64,000 nt of DNA from the human T2T-CHM13v2.0 reference genome, Homo sapiens. This document shows, in pieces, positions 56,401-64,000 of the stretch. Within the stretch, counting starts at the first letter, position 1. Every line of letters begins with the position of its first letter. The stretch is taken from the NCBI RefSeq assembly GCF_009914755.1, contig NC_060946.1; one strand, 5' to 3'. The notes beneath the pieces were generated by a model. It saw nothing but the letters and a program-made list of their open reading frames with translations. It was not told the origin of the DNA and searched no databases. The position numbers were made by a program, and so were the translations under genes.

Positions 56401-59400
56401 AACTGCTCTGTAAAAAGAAAGGTTCAACTCTGTTAGTTGAGTACACACATCACAAACAAGTTTCACAGAATGCTTCTTTCTAGCTTGTAGGGGAAGATAT
56501 TCCCTTTATCACCATGGTCCTCAAACCGTCCGAAACGTCCACTTCCATATACTACAAAAAGAGCGTTTCAAACCTGCTCTAGGAAAGGCAATGTTCAACT
56601 CTGTGACTTGAATGCAGACATCACAGAGCAGTTTCTGAGAATGCTTCTGTCTAGATTTTATAGGAAGATATTCCCGTTTCCAACGAAATCTTCACAGCTA
56701 TCCAAATATCCACTTGCAGATTCTACAAAAAGAGTGTATCAAAACTGCTCTGTCAAAAGGAAGGTTCTTCTCTGTTAGGTGAGTGCATACGTCATAAAGG
56801 AGTTTCTGAGAATGTTTCTGTCTAGTGGTTATGGGAAGATATTTGCTTTTTCACCGTAGGCCTCAGAGCGCTCCAAATATCCACTTGCACATACTACAAA
56901 AAGAGTGCCTCAAAGCTGCTCTCTGAAACGGAATGTTCAACTCTATGAGTTGAATGCAAACATCACAAAGACGTTTCTGAGAATGCTTCTGTCTAGATTT
57001 GATATGAAGATATTCCCGTTTCCAACGAAATCTTCAAATCTATCCAAATGTCCACTTGCATAACCAACAAAAAGTGTTTTTCAGAACTGCTGTATCAAAA
57101 GAAAGATCCACGTCTGTTAGCTGAGTTCACACATCACAAACAAGTTTATGAGAATGCTTCTGTCTAGTTTTTATTTGAAGATATTTCCTTTCTCACCATA
57201 GACCTGAAAGCTGTCCTAATGTTCACTTCCAGATACTACAGAAAGAGTGTTTCAAAACTGCTGTACGAAAGGGAATTTTCAACTCTGTGACTTGAATGCA
57301 CACATCACAAAGAAGTTTCTGAGGATGCTGCTGTCTACTTTTTATACGTAATCCCGTTTCCAACGAAATCCTCCAAGCTATCCAAATATCCACTTGCAGA
57401 TTCCACAGAAAGACTGTTTCAAAACTGCTCTGTCAATAGAAAGGTTCAACTCTGTTAGCTGCGTGCATATATCCCAAAGAAGATTCTGAGATTGCTTCTG
57501 TCTAGTTTTTATGGGAAGATATTTCCCTTTTCACCGTAGGCGTCAAGGCGCTCCAAATGTCCACTTCCAGATACTACAAAAAGAGTGTTTCAAACCTACT
57601 CTGTGAAAGGGAATATTCAACTCTGTGACTTGAATGCACATATCACAAAGAAGTTTCTGAGAATGCTTCTGTCGAGATTTTATATGAAGATATTCCCGTT
57701 TCCAACGAAATCCTGAAATCTATCCAAATATCCCCTCGCAGATTCTACAAAAAGAGTGTTTCAAAACTGCTCTGTAAAAAGAAAGGTTCAACTCTGTTAG
57801 TTGAGTACACACATCACAAACAAGTTTCACAGAATGCTTCTTTCTAGCTTGTAGGGGAAGATATTCCCTTTATCACCATGGGCCTCCAACCGTCCGAAAC
57901 GTCCACTTCCATATACTACCAAAAGAGCGTTTCAAACCTGCTCTATGAAAGGCAATGTTCAACTCTGTGACTTGAATGCAAACATCACAGAGCAGTTTCT
58001 GAGAATGCTTCTGTCTAGATTTTATAGGAAGATATTCCCGTTTCCAACGAAATCTTCACAGCTATCCAAATATCCACTTGCAGATTCTACAAAAAGAGTG
58101 TATCAAAACTGCTCTGTCAAAAGGAAGGTTCTTCTCTGTTAGGTGAGTGCATACGTCATAAAGGAGTTTCTGAGAATGTTTCTGTCTAGTGGTTATGGGA
58201 AGATATTTGCTTTTTCACCGTAGGCCTCAGAGCGCTCCAAATATCCACTTGCACATACTACAAAAAGAGTGCCTCAAAGCTGCTCTCTGAAACGGAATGT
58301 TCAACTCTATGAGTTGAATGCAAACATCACAAAGACGTTTCTGAGAATGCTTCTGTCTAGATTTGATATGAAGATATTCCCGTTTCCAACGAAATCTTCA
58401 AATCTATCCAAATGTCCACTTGCATAATCAACAAAAAGTATTTTTCAGAACTGCTCTATCAAAAGAAAGATCCACCTCTGTTAGCTGAGTTCACACATCA
58501 CAAACAAGTTTATGAGAATGCTTCTGTCTAGTTTTTATTTGAAGATATTTCCTTTCTCACCATAGACCTGAAAGCTGTCCTAATGTTCACTTCCAGATAC
58601 TACAGAAAGAGTGTTTCAAAACTGCTGTACGAAAGGGAATGTTCAACTCTGTGACTTGAATGCACACATCACAAAGAAGTTTCTGAGGATGCTGCTGTCT
58701 ACTTTTTATACGTAATCCCGTTTCCAACGAAATCCTCCAAGCTATCCAAATATCCACTTGCAGATTCCACAGAAAGACTGTTTCAAAACTGCTCTGTCAA
58801 TAGAAAGGTTCAACTCTGTTAGCTGCGTGCATATATCCCAAAGAAGATTCTGAGATTGCTTCTGTCTAGTTTTTATGGGAAGATATTTCCCTTTTCACCG
58901 TAGGCGTCAAGGCGCTCCAAATGTCCACTTCCAGATACTACAAAAAGAGTGTTTCAAACCTACTCTGTGAAAGCGAATATTCAACTCTGTGACTTGAATG
59001 CACATATCACAAAGAAGTTTCTGAGAATGCTTCTGTCGAGATTTTATATGAAGATATTCCCGTTTCCAACGAAATCCTGAAATCTATCCAAATATCCCCT
59101 CGCAGATTCTACAAAAAGAGTGTTTCAAAACTGCTCTGTAAAAAGAAAGGTTCAACTCTGTTAGTTGAGTACACACATCACAAACAAGTTTCACAGAATG
59201 CTTCTTTCTAGCTTGTAGGGGAAGATATTCCCTTTATCACCATGGGCCTCCAACCGTCCGAAACGTCCACTTCCATATACTACAAAAAGAGCGTTTCAAA
59301 CCTGCTCTATGAAAGGCAATGTTCAACTCTGTGACTTGAAAGCAGACATCACAGAGCAGTTTCTGAGAATGCTTCTGTCTAGATTTTATAGGAAGATATT

Positions 59401-62400
59401 CCCGTTTCCAACGAAATCTTCACAGCTATCCAAATATCCACTTGCAGATTCTTCAAAAAGAGTGTATCAAAACTGCTCTGTCAAAAGGAAGGTTCTTCTC
59501 TGTTAGGTGAGTGCATACGTCATAAAGGAGTTTCTGGGAATGTTTCTGTCTAGTGGTTATGGGAAGATATTTGCTTTTTCACCGTAGGCCTCAGAGCGCT
59601 CCAAATATCCACTTGCACATACTACAAAAAGAGTGCCTCAAAGCTGCTCTCTGAAACGGAATGTTCAACTCTATGAGTTGAATGCAAACATCACAAAGAC
59701 GTTTCTGAGAATGCTTCTGTCTAGATTTGATATGAAGATATTCCCGTTTCCAACGAAATCTTCAAATCTATCCAAATGTCCACTTGCATAATCAACAAAA
59801 AGTGTTTTTCAGAACTGCTCTATCAAAAGAAAGATCCACCTCTGTTAGCTGAGTTCACACATCACAAACAAGTTTATGAGAATGCTTCTGTCTAGTTTTT
59901 ATTTGAAGATATTTCCTTTCTCACCATAGACCTGAAAGCTGTCCTAATGTTCACTTCCAGATACTACAGAAAGAGTGTTTCAAAACTGCTGTATGAAAGG
60001 GAATGTTCAACTCTGTGACTTGAATGCACACATCACAAAGAAGTTTCTGAGGATGCTGCTGTCTACTTTTTATATGTAATCCGGTTTCCAACGAAATCCT
60101 CCAAGCTATCCAAATATCCGCTTGCAGATTCCACAGAAAGACTGTTTCAAAACTGCTCTGTCAATAGAAAGGTTCAACTCTGTTAGCTGCGTGCATATAT
60201 CCCAAAGAAGATTCTGAGATTGCTTCTGTCTAGTTTTTATGGGAAGATATTTCCCTTTTCACCGTAGGCGTCAAGGCGCTCCAAATGTCCACTTCCAGAT
60301 ACTACAAAAAGAGTGTTTCAAACCTACTCTGTGAAAGGGAATATTCAACTCTGTGACTTGAATGCACATATCACAAAGAAGTTTCTGAGAATGCTTCTGT
60401 CGAGATTTTATATGAAGATATTCCCGTTTCCAACGAAATCCTGAAATCTATCCAAATATCCCCTCGCAGATTCTACAAAAAGAGTGTTTCAAAACTGCTC
60501 TGTAAAAAGAAAGGTTCAACTCTGTTAGTTGAGTACACACATCACAAACAAGTTTCACAGAATGCTTCTTTCTAGCTTGTAGGGGAAGATATTCCCTTTA
60601 TCACCATGGGCCTCCAACCGTCCGAAACGTCCACTTCCATATACTACCAAAAGAGCGTTTCAAACCTGCTCTAGGAAAGGCAATGTTCAACTCTGTGACT
60701 TGAATGCAGACATCACAGAGCAGTTTATGAGAATGCTTCTGTCTAGATTTTATAGGAAGATATTCCCGTTTCCAACGAAATCTTCACAGCTATCCAAATA
60801 TCCACTTGCAGATTCTACAAAAAGAGTGTATCAAAACTGCTCTGTCAAAAGGAAGGTTCTTCTCTGTTAGGTGAGTGCATACGTCATAAAGGAGTTTCTG
60901 AGAATGTTTCTGTCTAGTGGTTATGGGAAGATATTTGCTTTTTCACCGTAGGCCTCAGAGCGCTCCAAATATCCACTTGCACATACTACAAAAAGAGTGC
61001 CTCAAAGCTGCTCTCTGAAACGGAATGTTCAACTCTATGAGTTGAATGCAAACATCACAAAGACGTTTCTGAGAATGCTTCTGTCTAGATTTGATATGAA
61101 GATATTCCCGTTTCCAACGAAATCTTCAAATCTATCCAAATGTCCACTTGCAGATTCAACAAAAAGTGTTTTTCAGAACTGCTCTATCAAAAGAAAGATC
61201 CACCTCTGTTAGCTGAGTTCACACATCACAAACAAGTTTATGAGAATGCTTCTGTCTAGTTTTTATTTGAAGATATTTCCTTTCTCACCATAGACCTGAA
61301 AGCTGTCCTAATGTTCACTTCCAGATACTACAGAAAGAGTGTTTCAAAACTGCTGTACGAAAGGGAATGTTCAACTCTGTGACTTGAATGCACACATCAC
61401 AAAGAAGTTTCTGAGGATGCTGCTGTCTACTTTTCATACGTAATCCCGTTTCCAACGAAATCCTCCAAGCTATCCAAATATCCACTTGCAGATTCCACAG
61501 AAAGACTGTTTCAAAACTGCTCTGTCAATAGAAAGGTTCAACTCTGTTAGCTGCGTGCATATATCCCAAAGAAGATTCTGAGATTCCTTCTGTCTAGTTT
61601 TTATGGGAAGATATTTCCCTTTTCACCGTAGGCGTCAAGGCGCTCCAAATGTCCACTTCCAGATACTACAAAAAGAGTGTTTCAAACCTACTCTGTGAAA
61701 GGGAATATTCAACTCTGTGACTTGAATGCACATATCACAAAGAAGTTTCTGAGAATGCTTCTGTCGAGATTTTATATGAAGATATTCCCGTTTCCAACGA
61801 AATCCTGAAATCTATCCAAATATCCCCTCGCAGATTCTACAAAAAGAGTGTTTCAAAACTGCTCTGTAAAAAGAAAGGTTCAACTCTGTTAGTTGAGTAC
61901 ACACATCACAAACAAGTTTCACAGAATGCTTCTTTCTAGCTTGTAGGGGAAGATATTCCCTTTATCACCATGGTCCTCAAACCGTCCGAAACGTCCACTT
62001 CCATATACTACAAAAAGAGCGTTTCAAACCTGCTCTAGGAAAGGCAATGTTCAACTCTGTGACTTGAATGCAGACATCACAGAACAGTTTCTGAGAATGC
62101 TTCTGTCTAGATTTTATAGGAAGATATTCCCGTTTCCAACGAAATCTTCACAGCTATCCAAATATCCACTTGCAGATTCTACAAAAAGAGTGTATCAAAA
62201 CTGCTCTGTCAAAAGGAAGGTTCTTCTCTGTTAGGTGAGTGCATACGTCATAAAGGAGTTTCTGAGAATGTTTCTGTCTAGTGGTTATGGGAAGATATTT
62301 GCTTTTTCACCGTAGGCCTCAGAGCGCTCCAAATATCCACTTGCACATACTACAAAAAGAGTGCCTCAAAGCTGCTCTCTGAAACGGAATGTTCAACTCT

Positions 62401-64000
62401 ATGAGTTGAATGCAAACATCACAAAGACGTTTCTGAGAATGCTTCTGTCTAGATTTGATATGAAGATATTCCCGTTTCCAACGAAATCTTCAAATCTATC
62501 CAAATGTCCACTTGCAGATTCAACAAAAAGTGTTTTTCAGAACTGCTCTATCAAAAGAAAGATCCACCTCTGTTAGCTGAGTTCACACATCACAAACAAG
62601 TTTATGAGAATGCTTCTGTCTAGTTTTTATTTGAAGATATTTCCTTTCTCACCATAGACCTGAAAGCTGTCCTAATGTTCACTTCCAGATACTACAGAAA
62701 GAGTGTTTCAAAACTGCTGTACGAAAGGGAATGTTCAACTCTGTGACTTGAATGCACACATCACAAAGAAGTTTCTGAGGATGCTGCTGTCTACTTTTTA
62801 TACGTAATCCCGTTTCCAACGAAATCCTCCAAGCTATCCAAATATCCACTTGCAGATTCCACAGAAAGACTGTTTCAAAACTGCTCTGTCAATAGAAAGG
62901 TTCAACTCTGTTAGCTGCGTGCATATATCTCAAAGAAGATTCTGAGATTGCTTCTGTCTAGTTTTTATGGGAAGATATTTCCCTTTTCACCGTAGGCGTC
63001 AAGGCGCTCCAAATGTCCACTTCCAGATACTACAAAAAGAGTGTTTCAAACCTACTCTGTGAAAGCGAATATTCAACTCTGTGACTTGAATGCACATATC
63101 ACAAAGAAGTTTCTGAGAATGCTTCTGTCGAGATTTTATATGAAGATATTCCCGTTTCCAACGAAATCCTGAAATCTATCCAAATATCCCCTCGCAGATT
63201 CTACAAAAAGAGTGTTTCAAAACTGCTCTGTAAAAAGAAAGGTTCAACTCTGTTAGTTGAGTACACACATCACAAACAAGTTTCACAGAATGCTTCTTTC
63301 TAGCTTGTAGGGGAAGATATTCCCTTTATCACCATGGGCCTCCAACCGTCCGAAACGTCCACTTCCATATACTACCAAAAGAGCGTTTCAAACCTGCTCT
63401 AGGAAAGGCAATGTTCAACTCTGTGACTTGAATGCAGACATCACAGAGCAGTTTCTGAGAATGCTTCTGTCTAGATTTTATAGGAAGATATTCCCGTTTC
63501 CAACGAAATCTTCACAGCTATCCAAATATCCACTTGCAGATTCTACAAAAAGAGTGTATCAAAACTGCTCTGTCAAAAGGAAGGTTCTTCTCTGTTAGGT
63601 GAGTGCATACGTCATAAAGGAGTTTCTGAGAATGTTTCTGTCTAGTGGTTATGGGAAGATATTTGCTTTTTCACCGTAGGCCTCAGAGCGCTCCAAATAT
63701 CCACTTGCACATACTACAAAAAGAGTGCCTCAAAGCTGCTCTCTGAAACGGAATGTTCAACTCTATGAGTTGAATGCAAACATCACAAAGACGTTTCTGA
63801 GAATGCTTCTGTCTAGATTTGATATGAAGATATTCCCGTTTCCAACGAAATCTTCAAATCTATCCAAATGTCCACTTGCAGATTCAACAAAAAGTGTTTT
63901 TCAGAACTGCTCTATCAAAAGAAAGATCCACCTCTGTTAGCTGAGTTCACACATCACAAACAAGTTTATGAGAATGCTTCTGTCTAGTTTTTATTTGAAG

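Larger units (their letters stand above)
1..64000 (-). repeat. Centromeric alpha-satellite HOR array: 8-mer, 1364-bp unit, ~46.9 tandem copies; probably SF2, D14Z9/D22Z1-like (S2C14/22H1L)
   Basis: Seen: exact 1364-bp periodicity (ORF track recurs at 983, 2347, 3711 ...; two 1363-bp steps at 43267->44630 and 50086->51449), ~171-bp monomers with alphoid motifs (ttcaactctgtgacttgaatgca, tttctgagaatgcttctgtctag, tatccacttgcagattctacaaaaagagtgtttcaaaactgctct) and near-identical copies. Strand is that of the CENP-B box consensus. The alphoid HOR call is secure; the family/chromosome label is an inference from dimeric structure and unit length (about 0.65). Confidence 0.99.

Noticed and set aside
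2023-59506. Intermittent 65-aa ORF (MKGNVQLCDL...)
   Set aside because: It appears only where the polymorphic ctaG/ctaT site creates an ATG, and is paralogous to the 71-aa frame through the dimer repeat. There is no coding evidence.
983-63940. Repeated 71-aa ORF (MPQSCSLKRNVQLYEL...)
   Set aside because: It starts at GTG, is a plain translation of alphoid monomers, has no gene context, and is truncated by a stop in U41-U44. Its conservation merely reflects array homogeneity.
1-64000. CRISPR-like reading of regularly spaced identical 17-mers
   Set aside because: The 17-mers are CENP-B boxes. The intervening sequences are themselves repeats of 321-325 bp, not unique spacers, and there are no cas genes.
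1-64000. Transposon insertion (L1/Alu), inversion or structural-variant HOR (monomer gain or loss)
   Set aside because: The 1364-bp register is kept throughout, apart from two 1-bp deletions, and all boxes have one orientation.
1-64000. A previously undescribed biological system
   Set aside because: Everything is explained by a known class of centromeric satellite. Only the fine-scale haplotype arrangement could be new, and it needs computational confirmation.

Overview
The whole 64-kb window is one uninterrupted, head-to-tail alpha-satellite array, read as the live, homogeneous part of a human or great-ape centromere. It holds about 46.9 copies of a 1364-bp higher-order repeat (HOR) of eight ~171-bp monomers, arranged as four A/B dimers of 342+342+342+338 bp. 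Every second monomer carries a canonical CENP-B box (TTTCGTTGGAAACGGGA on the minus strand), and the alternate monomers carry degenerate pJalpha-type boxes. Dimeric organisation and 8-mer size best fit the suprachromosomal family 2 array D14Z9/D22Z1 (chr14/22), but that assignment comes from recall and needs alignment. I saw no genes, transposon insertions, inversions or monomer-number variants; the listed ORFs are by-products of the repeat. I found no new biological system. What deserves a second look is the fine-scale variant structure: recurring multi-HOR haplotype orders, a spreading CENP-B-box-disrupting allele, mosaic HOR copies, a duplicated 1-bp-deletion haplotype and a more diverged zone at about 41-60 kb. 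Units are numbered U1-U47: U1 starts at 1 with a 1364-bp step, shifted by -1 from U33 (43648) and -2 from U38 (50467). All variant calls were made by eye and may miss some sites.
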